DNA from: Anolis carolinensis
Lineage: Eukaryota
Assembly (NCBI RefSeq): GCF_035594765.1
Contig: NC_085842.1
Location: forward strand, 263,113,749 to 263,177,748
DNA: 64,000 nucleotides
Direction of reading: 5' to 3'
Below, piece after piece: positions 48,655-61,818 of the stretch (the stretch's first letter is position 1; each line of letters starts with the position of its first letter). The translations under genes and the position numbers were made by a program. Below the pieces are notes generated by a model that worked only from the letters and a program-made list of their open reading frames with translations, had not been told where the DNA came from and made no database searches.

Positions 48655-51600
48655 AGTCACAAAGCAAGGCCAACGGCAAACGTGATGGAGCGCAAGCCAG
48701 CAAGCCGCCAGTGAATGCTGCACATCCCAGCCCTGCACTAAGGATCCCACCATGGGTCCACCCCTAGCTTTGATGAAAAGACCTCAGCAGTGGCACAAGG
48801 TAGATTTCCCACGTCAATCCCTCTTCTCTCCTCTATAACTGTGATGCCAAAAAGCAGGCTTGGAGCCAGTACCCATTCCTGTCTGCTTTTGTGTAGAATT
48901 TTTGTACCACGAGGGGCCTTCCCATTCCGTGCATCTGAAGGAACGAAACAAACAAACAAAAAACAAATGAAATGGGAGAAACAAATTTTGCACACATGAC
49001 TACTCTCCAGTGAGAAGAAATTAAAGAAGATGTCACTGTATATCCAGATCAGAAAGGAAGAAAAAGCTTTATGAGGTGTTGGATCCTTCCATTTCAAGTT
49101 AATTTGCTGAAAGGACAGAAAGTTTGGTAACAGCTGGTGAAGCATTTAGAAGCATTTTTTTTTGGTCTTGTTTTTTTTGTTTGTTTGTTTGTTTTGCAGG
49201 GACTTTATGTAAGTAGGGTTCTCCCTCTCTTTCCCTCTCTTCTTTTCTACTGTCAGAATCCTTGGGCAAAAAACGCAGCGGGCACTAGACTTTGATTACT
49301 CCTCTTTCCCTGTTCTTCACTCATTATGCAAATGAAAATAGAGGTTTTTCAAAATAATAATTAAAAACTCCAAATCTGGAAAACTGTTAGTCTTCAACAT
49401 TCTGAGGAAGGTAGACACAACCTGTATTTTTAAAAAAATGAATAAAAGGCAGGTCTCAAAAGTGACAAAACAAGTGGTGGCCTAAGGGCAGCAGAAATTG
49501 TGGTCCTTCAAATTTTGAATTTGGCAGACAGCTTTGGGAAGGAAAATATTCTATAAATATATTAAACAAAATTCAGAGAGTCTGGAGGAGTATGTATTTA
49601 AAAATGTTAACTGATGATAAAAGTGTATGTTCACAAATCAACACATTTCCATTTATTTTTATACTTATTTAAAGGTTGTCGACAATGAGCTAAACTTAAA
49701 ATAATTGAAAGGGTAAGTAGAAATTAAACAGAGAAAAATTGTAACAAAATGTAACAGCTGAGTGTTTATATTTTTGTAACATATAAAAAAATCAAACCAT
49801 GCTGACAAAGAGAAATCTGTCTTTGTGGAATAGAATAAGCTTTTACATTTCCATAATATGATAATTTTTGGATTCTAGAGATGTGAATGAATATTCATTT
49901 CAAAATATACAAAGAAAATGTGATGTTTATAACAATAAGCAACATGAAAGACTTGAAGGCATACAAAGGTCTTCATAGGGTGTTTTCTATATCTCCTATT
50001 GTTCCATGAACTATAAATTTAATGAGTGTAGATTTAATTCACTCTTTTTGAAAACTGAAACAGATAAAGATAATTGAAAGAAAATTGAAATAGTTAAAAG
50101 TAGTAAGACAGTACTCTACTGAAATTCTGCCAGTTGAGGACAGCAGAACGTTGTAGAAATCCCAGCACAAAGATGAAGCTTAAGATATGCAGCAAACATA
50201 AGAAATAACACCAGCAGAATATCCTAAATATGCAGGTATAACAGCCAATGGCAGGTAAATGTTTTGAGTGTGCCTGGGGTGCTACAGGGATGAACACAGC
50301 TGCATTGCAGGTTGGACCTCTGCTATCAGGCAAATGGGGTTACAAGCATTTAATATTCTAAATCCAAAATGACATAAGATATGCTCCAGCCCAATAGCTT
50401 TTTTCACAACTTGCGATGAAATTTTTATTTTGTAATATGCAACTGAGTAAAATTCAATTGGAGTGTAAAGAGTAAGCAGAAAGAACAGGGTTACTGTCTT
50501 CTAATAGATTTTCAAAACACTTAAATTCTCTCTTATATAACACAAAATGCATTCAAAAGCACTAAAAGAAATTGCACTGGAACACATAATCAAAACTGTA
50601 TTACAACTAAATTGATAAAAAATATTGAATTTGTAAAATACCTTTATTGTGCTTTTCAAATCTGCCACACAAAAATAGATTTAAAACAACTATAATATTG
50701 GGGGGGGGGGGTTCATTATAGGCATGTGTTATAATTCAGAAAAGTATTATATTGGACACAAGAGGATAGTTGTCACATTTGATAAACCAGAACAGCCATT
50801 TCATAAGATTACATGTTATTAAAATTTTTTTACCATTAGTGACAGGGAAAGAAACAAGCCTCTGTTTCATTTAACAATAAGAGAGTCATTGCATGACAAT
50901 ACTGTGACATCCCCTGTAGGATGTCCAAAATAATGACTGAGTGTCAAAATGAAAACTGCTCATCCTTTTTGTATTTTCTTCTTAGAAATTTTCAGTCACT
51001 ATAATCTCCTGAGCAATGTTATTGATTTGCTCTTCCATTCTGTCAACAAATTACACCTCAGATGAAGCAATCCTGAGATTCTATGCACTAGAGAAGGGAT
51101 ATTTCATATTGCAGTTAGGTGCATTGGTGTAAAGATTTGTATAACATTTGAACAATAATGTGTCCATAAATAAAATTGTCATGTTGGTGCTCAATATTCC
51201 CTCTTTGGATTCCATTACATCACAAAATCCTTGGGGACTGATGGGGCTGAGTGGCATGTGGGCAGGGCAGTCTTGCCAATCAGGAAAGTTGTGGCTTTCT
51301 TTGGTTTCTTCCCCAACAGGCCCCCCATCCCTTCGCGTAGTCCCTCCCCCATGCCTGCTTGAGGCAAATGGGAACTCGCTTTCCCAGTAGCACTTTATAC
51401 GGTGCAAGCATTGAAGGAGCCCTGAGCATGATGGGGCATGATGGTAGTTGAAGTTTTTTTCTCTGTGTGTTTCTCACTTTCTTTCTCAGCCAGCCAGAGG
51501 CCTGGTTGACTGTGTCCATCTATTCTCCTCCCTTCTCATGGCATATCCTTGGGACTTCAATTCCCAGAACTCCCTCTTGTTGTTTTTTTAGAAATGTCAT

Positions 51601-52496
51601 GGTAAAAATTTCCAAAAAAAACCCTTAATGAATTGGTGAAACATACTGAAACTTGGCAAATTGCTCACCCCTAGTATATATAAATGCAATGGTTAAGGAT
51701 ATGATTAGGAGAATTCTTGGCTCTTCATTTCACAGAAGAAACACCCAACACTGAAAGCCTCCTCAGTTTCAGTGGGGATACCTTTCCATATAGGAAGAAT
51801 CACAGCAAAGAAGGTTCTTCTTCATACACAGCCAAATGATTTTCATTAGTCAGCAGTCAACTATTCAGACACACCTTCTTTGAAATATAGAGTGGGACAT
51901 TTGTCAAGGGGGAAATATACAGTCCACACATGTCACTCTTTAGTAATGTTGCAATTAGAAATTGAACCTCTTTAATCCAGTGCATACAGGAATCATGAGA
52001 TTGTATTACTCTTTGGGAATTGACTATTTCAGTGGGCTGTCCACCAAAAATTAGAGGCTTCACAATGACAAGGGGGCTGTTTCAACCTCTTCTGTTATCA
52101 AATTGTTCCATCCAAATGAGGGGAAAAACCCAAATGGAGAGAACGTTATGCCGTGTGCATTGGTTATTGCCAAGTTTCTTTCTAAATTTAGTTTTCGCAT
52201 TTTTGCTTACAGAAGTTGCTTGCCAATTAGCCAGCTATAAAAGCATGCAACGTACATTTAGAATTGACACAGGCACTATTGTTTCTTCTTCTTCTTCAAA
52301 GCATTATGGTTCCTGAGAAGGCACTAGTACAGGAAGCTTCCTAGGGAGGGCTAAAAACGGGACAGACATTACGTATTCCATCAATTGTTCCTATTTCTTT
52401 GATAACTCTGTTAATTTGAGCTCCAGCTGATTCTATCTATATGTGAAGAAGAAAGGGGGTGTGGAAACTGCCACAATGTCTTTGAAGGCCTAGAGT

Positions 52497-53171
52497 AGGG
52501 GTGCCCAAACTAAGACCCACAGACCAGATGTGGTCCTCCAAGGTCATTTACCCAGGCTCTGCCCTAGACCAATGACCTCATCAGATCACGGAAGAATCAG
52601 GGGCATGCTCCACTTCATCACCCCTTTAAGCATGGAGCCCACCAGCACACAACTACCTCCGGTGGGGCTCCATGCTTAAAAGGGCAGCGAAGTGGAGCTT
52701 GCTGATGCAGTGGCAACACGATCAATGCTCCCCCCACCCCTGCCATGAGATGCTTAGCTGGGTGAGTCAGGGGATGCAGGACATAGAGCGATGGGTTCCC
52801 CATGCCCCGTGATGTGCACTGCCAGAATCATCAGAATGTGTTCCAATTTCGGTGGCTTTTACAATGAGGTCATTAGGGTTTCCTTAAGTCTGGACATTTG
52901 AAGGCATGCAAGAAAAACAACAACAATCCTAATTAACTTGACTATTTCACCAGCCAAAAGCAGGCCTACACTTCCCATTGAAATAGTGTAAGTTTATGTT
53001 GGTTAAAATTGTTCTTCATTTTAAATATTGTCTTGTTCTTTCGTTATTATTTTTTTTGCAGTGTGCATAGGAATTGGTTTGTGTTTTTTTTTTTTCAAAC
53101 TATGGTCCAGTCCCCCAATAATCTGAGGGACTGTGAACTGGCGCTTTGCTTTAAAAGTTTGAGGATCCCTG
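52497..53171. mobile_element. Older non-autonomous hAT element related to 31002-31804
   Basis: TAGGGGTGCCCAAACT...AGTTTGAGGATCCCTG termini. Confidence 0.8.
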
Positions 53172-53225
53172 GCCTTGAGGGCTATTTAAGCAGTGTAGAA
53201 GTTCAAGTAAAGTGAGGGATATCGC

Positions 53226-53435
53226 CAGGGCTGTAGCCAAGGTTATCAATGGAGCCTGATTTCTAAATAATTTTGTGTTAAGAAACTACTCTTCATGATT
53301 CACTAAAAAAAGTTTCATAGAAACATAGAATAGGAGAGTTCGAAGAGACCTCATGGGCCATCCAGTCCAACCCCCTGCCAAGAAACAAGAAATTCAACCC
53401 CCCCCTCCTGATTTTTTTTTCTGGCTAGGGTCCTG
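53226..53435. mobile_element. hAT MITE related to 16178-16451, carrying a short CR1 3' end (minus, ~53315-53385)
   Basis: Degenerate TSD GATATCGC/GACATCAC; CAGGGCTGTAGCC/GGCTAGGGTCCTG. Confidence 0.7.
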
Positions 53436-56400
53436 GACATCACTATCTTGGCATGAGTGAGTTATCCCAAGATAAGACCTTAGCCTAATGATTGAGGTTG
53501 AGACCCAACCATCTTTTTAGTTACAACAGAAGGAGTTAATGAGTTGCTGAGGTAAGAAATTAGCAACAGCCTTGAATATAGAATGGCAGGAAGGTTGAAG
53601 AAAGCTTGATTTGACCTTTGGGTATTCTTGTAAGTGCGGATATAATACTTGTCAGAACACTGAGGTTGTGTACAGTGGTATGCCCAGTTTACAGTTGGGA
53701 CCACCTGCGTCTGATTCTAACATATGATGGGCAAGATTGAGAAGGTTTTCTCTGAAATCTTCTCTAAAGCTCTTCACCCAGTCACTAGGCAACACAAATT
53801 GGTTGTCATGGTGTAGTCTTAGCTAAAATATAGCATGGGGTGAGGAAGAGCCAGATCAATTGCGGCCCCAAACTCATTTTTATCCCCTCTTCTAGGATAC
53901 TCGCAAAGCTACAATGCCCTCATTTTCTTTAGGTAGGAAAGTAATTTGAAGTCAGTGAAACTGCTCCAAAATGTGGCATTTTGCTTGTTTCTCCCCCCCC
54001 ATAACATCTAAATGTTTTCGTGTGGGAGGAAAAAGCAGATGATTTTTAGATACTGAAATTAGAAATGTCATTGCATTACTTCCTGAAATGAAACAGTATG
54101 TCCCACTAGCGAGGTGTAGGGGCAAATAAAATGCCACTGTTATTCAGTGACTTTCAAATACCCATTCATTCTTTTGTTTCAGTTACCCCATCATGCTCTT
54201 CATCCAGTAATTTCCAGTTGCCCTTTCATGGTGGAGTGAGTCAGGACTGAGGGAGACAGCAAAGAAAGGGTAAGCCTTACTCACAATCACCCTCATGATT
54301 TAAATATTTGAATATTGCTTCGAGGCCCCCTTATCCATTCCTCCCATAGATAAATATAGTGACTCACATAGAGATGGGATTCTCAAGGATTCCCGCCCCC
54401 CCTCCTATATTTCTCAGTTTGCTAACATCTTGAACAGTAATGCTGAGAACTAGAAAGCCATATAAAACAAAAAATTACTATTATTGTAAAAATAAGTCAG
54501 CAATATTTCTTTCTATGCTTCGAAAAGTATATTCCTGTTACCCCATTTTCTGTGTCACCGCATAGTTTGCTATCCGCTGTTAGTTATCCAACATCATTTT
54601 CAGGAATTGCTGCCACATATCTAGTAGTGTTAATAGCCATTGTGGTATCATGGTTTGAGTGTTGGACTAGGACTCTGGGACACTAGGTCCCCAGTAACCT
54701 GTAGAAACCCATTCCTGTAGAAACCCATTAGTTGATCTTGGGCATGTCGCACTGTCTCAGCCTTAGATGAAGGCAATGATCTATTCTGAATAAATCTTGG
54801 CAGTAAAACTTCATATTAGAATAGGCATAAGTTTGGATGAATTTGAAGGAGCACAGCAACAAATTTTCCTAATATGAACACACATATAGGTGGAGAATGC
54901 AGATCTTCTTCCTTGCATTTGACTTTGCTGAATTGGATTCTGCGACTTTGTAGTCTTTTGTCACCACCTCACCTCATTTCTAAAATCTTGCTTTTATCTC
55001 ATATATTTTAAGGCATGAGGGAAACATCAAAAACAACCTGATTTATCAGTTCTTTTAAAACAAATGTATTATATCTCTCTCAAATGAGATGTTGCTACCT
55101 GAGACTCATGTATGATGTTTATACATTATTCAGTGTTCTGCTAGTATAACAGACTTATGATATTAATAAATGATGTTAATTTGTTAATGCACTTCAACAG
55201 CTTTCTAAAATGTAATCAGTTTAGAAGACATATTACTAAGCAGCATAATGCCTGAGGGTGTAAATATTTGTCCTATAATTAGAAGGCTTTAAACGTTATG
55301 AAAATAGTCATGTACAGGTCAGAAGTTGAAACATTAGAGTGTGATTTAGGGGCATTCATTCATGTCAGGTTTTGCAGGTTCTTTTATTTATTTAAAAGTC
55401 ATGCTGTTTACAAGATGCATCTGTACTTCAAAGTTATATTCTATGTTTTAGAAGTGGACCTCTATGACATTATATAGTTAATGTAATAAAGGGCACTATT
55501 ATAAGCTATTATAACTATAACTATTATAAGTATATGGGTGAGATTTCATTATATTAGTAACTAACACCATAGTAAATGTGGTAGATTTTATTTGTTTAAG
55601 ATGATTTATGGAAATGATTCAGTTTTTACTAAGAATTTATCCAAATTCACACATCAATTCAATGGAAAGAACATGAGCAAATTGGAACATGGGAAAAAGC
55701 AAAATGGAGATATTGCGGCACAATGCTCAGTTCTTAAAACTTCTGTTCCAATCTCACTGTATTGAGTTATGCTTGTGGAGCCAGTGATTTGGAATCTCCT
55801 CCTTCAAAAACTATGTAGCATGCAAGTTTAAGCATGATTGTTTCCGTATTGGAATTGTTGTACGTGTTGAATTTGACCAGTGCAGAATGGATGAAAAATT
55901 ATTAATTCTCTTAATTATTGGTAAGAACATAACAAAATCTACAATTTTTAAAAAATAATTTGATCAGAAGGAAATTGTGATCTTTTGAAGTAATTGAATT
56001 GGGAACTGGGAAGCAAAATGGACAGACCTATTCATTGCTCATCTTGTTATGCACTATAATTTTGGGCAAAGGGAATTCTGAGATTTCTGTGTGAAATAAG
56101 CAAAGGTATCTTATCTTCAAAGTGCAATTTAAGTAATCTAACATTTGTGCTGTGCAGCATGTGTGGGTGCAGCTTTGCTAGAGAGGGAAACGGGGAATAA
56201 ACCTAGAAGGAATGGTGCTAAAGAGTGCTTGCTTAACAGGATTTTTTTGGGTACCATTATTCATTCAAGCCTTGTTATGTTTCTTCTGGAAATTTGCCAA
56301 CTTGTGTCTAACATCCCCATAGGGGTTTCTACAGCCTAATGTGTAACATGACATGACAAAATGACAAAATGTTGGCTTCCTACTAAAATGTCGTGCTGCA

Positions 56401-59400
56401 TACATCTTGTTTCAGAGACAAAGGCAATAATTAATTCAGTCACTTGACCAATTCATGTAAAATCAAGCAGCAAATGCATTAAATTGAGGCGTATTCTATG
56501 GAAGGTAGTCCTGTTCAGATGTTATTTAAGTGTGAAAAAGTAAATCAGCAAAAGGTGTGTGTGTGGGGAGGGGGGCAACATCTAACTATTGGCATTTCCA
56601 CTATCCTATGCACATAGAGGATGCATTTTTGAGGGGAAGAGGCATTCTTACAATTTCATCAGATGGGCTCCTATCATAGGCTTTCTCTCCTCTTTCCCAA
56701 CAGAGCCCATTACACCGACACACGTGTACTTCCGGCTAGGCTCTGCTGGGAATAGGGAGAGCAAGAGATGTATGTTGGTGCCATGGCAACACAGGAGTCT
56801 TCCTGTGTTGCCTTCAGGACAATGGGGGAAGCCAGGTGCTGCCGCTTCCCCCTATGTGATGGGGTCCCAGGTAAGTCACGCAATGTGGGACGTGGAGCGA
56901 CAGATCCTCCACACCCTCTGCCAGGACCTCATGGATGTGCCACAATATGTGGCAAATCCATGGACCTGTGTGATGAAGTCCCTAGCTGTGGAATAACCTT
57001 TCTTCCTTAACGAACCCCTTTGGTTACATTCTTGTTTTACCCATTTACCTAGACTGTACTGAAATTCATTAGGTGGTAAATCTGAGTAAACATGTAAAAT
57101 ACTGCTCTGCTAGAGATTTATCAAATTATTACCAGGATAAAGATGGGGGGAAGAATCACTTCTATCTTTTACCAATTTCCTTGATTCTCAAATGGACATA
57201 AAACAATATCAACTTCTTATTGTATTTACTCAACCATATTTTTAAGTCAGATACTCTGGCAAGTTTTCCTGGTCATTTTCTTCAGTTTCTTCAGAACATA
57301 GTGACATAGTTTTAAAGAAAATGAGTGAAAGACAAACGTCCCAAACTGTTTGGGCATAAACAGTGAGCCTGGTAAATTTGTACTAATCATACCTTGAATT
57401 AAGAATAAAACAAATAGGCAACCCCCCCCCCCCCCCGCAAAAAAAAAAAACCATAGGAAGGGACAACAGAGACATCAACAAGAGTCATCTAATCTATCCT
57501 AATCTACCCTATCAAATTCCCTAAATTGCAGTACTCTGCCTTGAAGCTGCCCCAGAGTCCCCCCTTGCCATGCTGCACCTTCTAATAATACACTGCATTG
57601 ATTTGCACACATTTCCCCTGCCCAAATTCAGATCAAGACCACTTTTTTTCCTTCTTTCTGGGGCTACCACTTGCTTTCCAGCCAACCTCAGCCATGAGAA
57701 GCTAGATTGGGGCTCTCCCTGTTGAAAAGACAAAATGATCTGTGAGTCGCTTGCCACCACAATCCTTAATGTGGCTTTCCCGCAAGTTAAGCTAACTCTG
57801 GGGAAAACCTGAATCCTATACCAGGATCTGGGGTCTCTTTTGAGTTAGGGATTGTCAAAACAGCTGGGGTTGTGTTGACTGCCATCCTGTGTTCCCTGGG
57901 ATCAGGCAGTCTGGAGACACTAGATGGCAGTTCTTTCTCATTTCCTCCCCTATTGTTATGGCTGGTGAAAGCCACAACACCCCACCTACCTTTTTGTGAG
58001 TGGTCTAGTTGCTGAGCTGTTTAAGATCAGGATCCTACTGCAGATAGAAATACTTTTTTTAAGTTTTAGGGTTTTTTAAATTATGATTCCTGATCATGAG
58101 AATGGTTCCATGAGCCTGTTTTGAGAGCCTTGCTTTTATACTGTCTGAAGAGAACAAGTGTCACTCTATCCCCCTCTTGCCTGCTTTTAAAATCATTGCC
58201 AAATAAAGAAATCTGCAATTCTCACAAGTTGAACAGAGATTTTTGTGCTTTTTTGTGGGCCTAGCAATGGTATTAATATACTGTCACAGTTTGAAGGAGT
58301 GTATAATTACACATTGTCTCACTAGTTTGTTAAGAAAATGTGTAATCAATTTTCATAAGTCTTGCCTCTGTCACAATTCAACACAGTACATTAAAACAGT
58401 CCAGACCTTCAGGGATCACTTCATCACTACATCTAATTTAAATGTCATATGTGTGAAGAGTTCTGGCTCATCATAACGAAGGATCTGCTTAATTACTTAC
58501 TACCCATGTCATACTGGGCATCTCTGTTGTGGTGCTCTTTGGCATGCAAGCGATAAGCAGTTGTCAGGGCACCTCTAAATAATGGGCATCAACAAAACTT
58601 TCCATATTAAAACTTCAACAGCTATGTTGCCTGGAGAACTGGCTGATTTGTGGGTTTTGAATCACACAACAATACAGAATAATTTAGCATGCATAGCTTT
58701 CAGTTATATTTATTTGGGTCTTTTTTTCTGACTTTGTAATCCAAACCAGACATGTTATTTATGCAGGTCAGAACTGAATGTGCGCCATTTTGGCATAGAT
58801 ATTTATACGGATGGCCATGGAGGGACCTATGTACTGTCACTTTGTAATCAACAGTAGTTTCTAACAGAAGTTTTATACTGGAAATGCCTTTTGGACTGAA
58901 TTAATGCTGAGTCTTTAAAAGGATGCCAGTTTGCATAAAATTTGGGATAATGCTGTTTCCACACCAGTTGCTATAGTTTGTTTGTGCTATTGGGAAATAG
59001 AAAATTGTACAATTAAGTTTCATTTGGCTTAAATATAGCGCTGCAAGGCCAGTCCCTGGGATTTAATTGTCCAAGCTCTGAAGCCTAGGGAAGGTCTCGA
59101 GTGATGTTTGAGGAAGCATGAGCAAGGGAAGAAGCAGGACAAGAAGCTGTCACAGAGAGTTTTCACCAGTCATTCCAAAGCATTCTACAGCAGGGCCAAT
59201 AAAATACAGTACAGTATGAACCCCGTATCCTAAAGGAATATGATTTTAGACTTAGGACCTCTTCACACTAGATCCTGGATCCACTTTAAATCCACTTTAG
59301 GGAAGGGGCTTTAAACAGCTCAGCCAGACAGGTCCTAGGCCTCACCAAACTACAAACCCCAGAATTCTGCAGAAGGCATAAACCAGATTTAAAGTGGATT

Positions 59401-61510
59401 CATGCTCTAGTGTGATGTGAACATTAATGTGAATATGCTAAAAATACCATAGTTACATGCTGCACCTAGGAAATGCCTAGAGAGGACATATATTTGTTGA
59501 ATGTAGATAATTGAAATTGTGGGTACTGGTTTCATAGATTGGGGGCTGTACTATATAATGTACACAGATGCATGCTTACATACGCACAAACACAATTGAG
59601 TATTGCCTGAAATCGTGAGATTTCACATTACTATTACTGCATAGTAGTTACCCTTAATTAAAAAAATAAAGGAAAAGAAAGCAATATCGGTGGATGAAGT
59701 GGGCGATTGCTGTTGAAATGATTGGAGTCTATAACGTGTGATGAAGTAGACTAAATTCTCCATTTTCCAACAACACGGAAAGGCACTGAATTCTATGAGA
59801 AGACCACGGTTCCCCCTGCTTTCACCCGCTTTCTCACCAAATGAGATTAGGTCCTTGTCAGATTTGTTGGTTGTTCTTAGTTGAAGCTTTCTAAACAGAG
59901 GTTGACTGACTACCTCTCAATACCCTTCCCACTTGCACAAAATGTGGGATGAACTGGCATTAAAAATGCCAGTTGAGCACGGCACCTTGGTCAAACATTT
60001 GTGCAAAAACCCATCTCATTAGTGGGGGACAGGCCTTACAGGCCAGCTGTGCTAACGCCAGTGCCTCCTTCTCTTCCCTGCCTCCCCCTCTTCCTCCCCC
60101 CCCCAAATGAAAAATGCAGGAGGTTCTCCGTCCCCTGGATCATGGTCAGTGGAGACATGATGGAGCTCTGAATAGGGAAGCTAATGCAAGACCTACACCA
60201 CACCATATGACAGTGTAGATGGGGCTTCAGAGATGTTTTAGTACTGGCAGTTGATTGAGCTGAATGGTGCTGGAAAACCTTGCAACACCATAGCTGGATC
60301 AGACAAACAGTGTTTTATTATGCCTTTAATATTTCAGTTTTCAGGATCTTCCATTCCTTGGTCATTCTTTTTGTCCATCCAGATTTCTGAAGGATCAGGA
60401 TCACAATCTCTAGTCATAGTTTCCCATGCATTTTTTTGGTAGTATAGATCATAATACATCACACCATAATCCTGACATAATCTGCACTACTAATTGCATT
60501 TTTGTTGTATCCTTTCCATATCAGTTGGAGATATCACAGTAGGGATAGATGAAAATACAATTTTTGCCACGACCAGTTCTTTATATTCTTATTTATATTC
60601 AACATACGTGTGATGTAAGATCCTCCCCCCCCCAAAAAATTAGCAGTCTTGGGGGAAGAGTACAAAAATAGAATAACAAAACAAAACATTTGTGGAAGAA
60701 GAGCATCTTTAATAGAGGAAAAATTCAAAGCCCAAAATATTGAGGTCTGTGTGAAAAATCGATGACATGGAGGGGAAATAGAATTGCATGTTGTCGAGTG
60801 GGCATGACAGGTGGCTGGGTGAATATTTAAACAGGAGTATCCCACACTGGAATATTTTGTTGCAAGTGTTATTTGTATGGATCAATTATTAAAATGTGTT
60901 AATTGACACAGGAGAATCTCTATACCAAATATTATAAATGTGACCTTTTGTTTTTTGTCAAATAAAATATGACAGATAATGGATGGAAATTCATATTAAC
61001 GATCATTTTCACCATTTGCTGTCATAATTTGAGTGATTCAAATTTTGAGTGGCATGTCTGCTATATATCTGAATGTGTCAAAGTAGTGTGAAAGAAACAA
61101 CCAGCCTGTAGGCGGAATTGCTTCTGCAGCCAACTCCCAAATTCTGTCAACAAAAACATATTTGCATGCAGGAAATGTAGCACTGTAATCGTACATGTCA
61201 AATGAACAAAAATGTGTCTTCATGCACAATTAAGCTCCCGGTTGTAGGCTTTGTCTTTTTTTTTCTGTAAACTGTTTGATTAATTATCTGAAAAGTGCAA
61301 TTCTTGTTTGTTCTCCTAAAAATATTCTTCTTCACTCCTATGCTCACAGAGGGAAAGCTGATCCTGGAATAGGTGAACTCTAATACAATTAAGCAAGAAA
61401 ACAATTAAAATGTTATGTGCTTTCACATGATTTCCAACTTAAGACCATGCTAAGGTAAACTTATGCCAGAGTTTTCTTGGCAAGATTTATTTTGGTGAGG
61501 TTTCCTATTA

Positions 61511-61818
61511 CAGTAGAGTCTCACTTATCCAAGCCTCTGGATAATCCAAGCCATTTTTGTAGTCAATGTTTTCAATATATCGTGATATTTTGGTGCTAAA
61601 TTCGTAAATACAATAATTACAACATAACATTACTGCGTATTGAACTACTTTTTCTGTCAAATTTGTTGTATAACATGAAGTTTTGGTGCTTAATTTGTAA
61701 AATCATAACCTAATTTGATGCTTAATAGGCTTTTCCTTAATCCCTCCTTATTATCCAAGTTATTCGCTTATCCAAGCTTCTGCCGGCCCGTTTAGCTTGG
61801 ATAAGTGAGACTCTACTG
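61511..61818. mobile_element. Same Tc1/mariner MITE family, inserted in an older SINE remnant
   Basis: TIR CAGTAGAGTCTCACTTATCCAAGC, TA TSD; body nearly matches 4911-5233. Confidence 0.92.
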
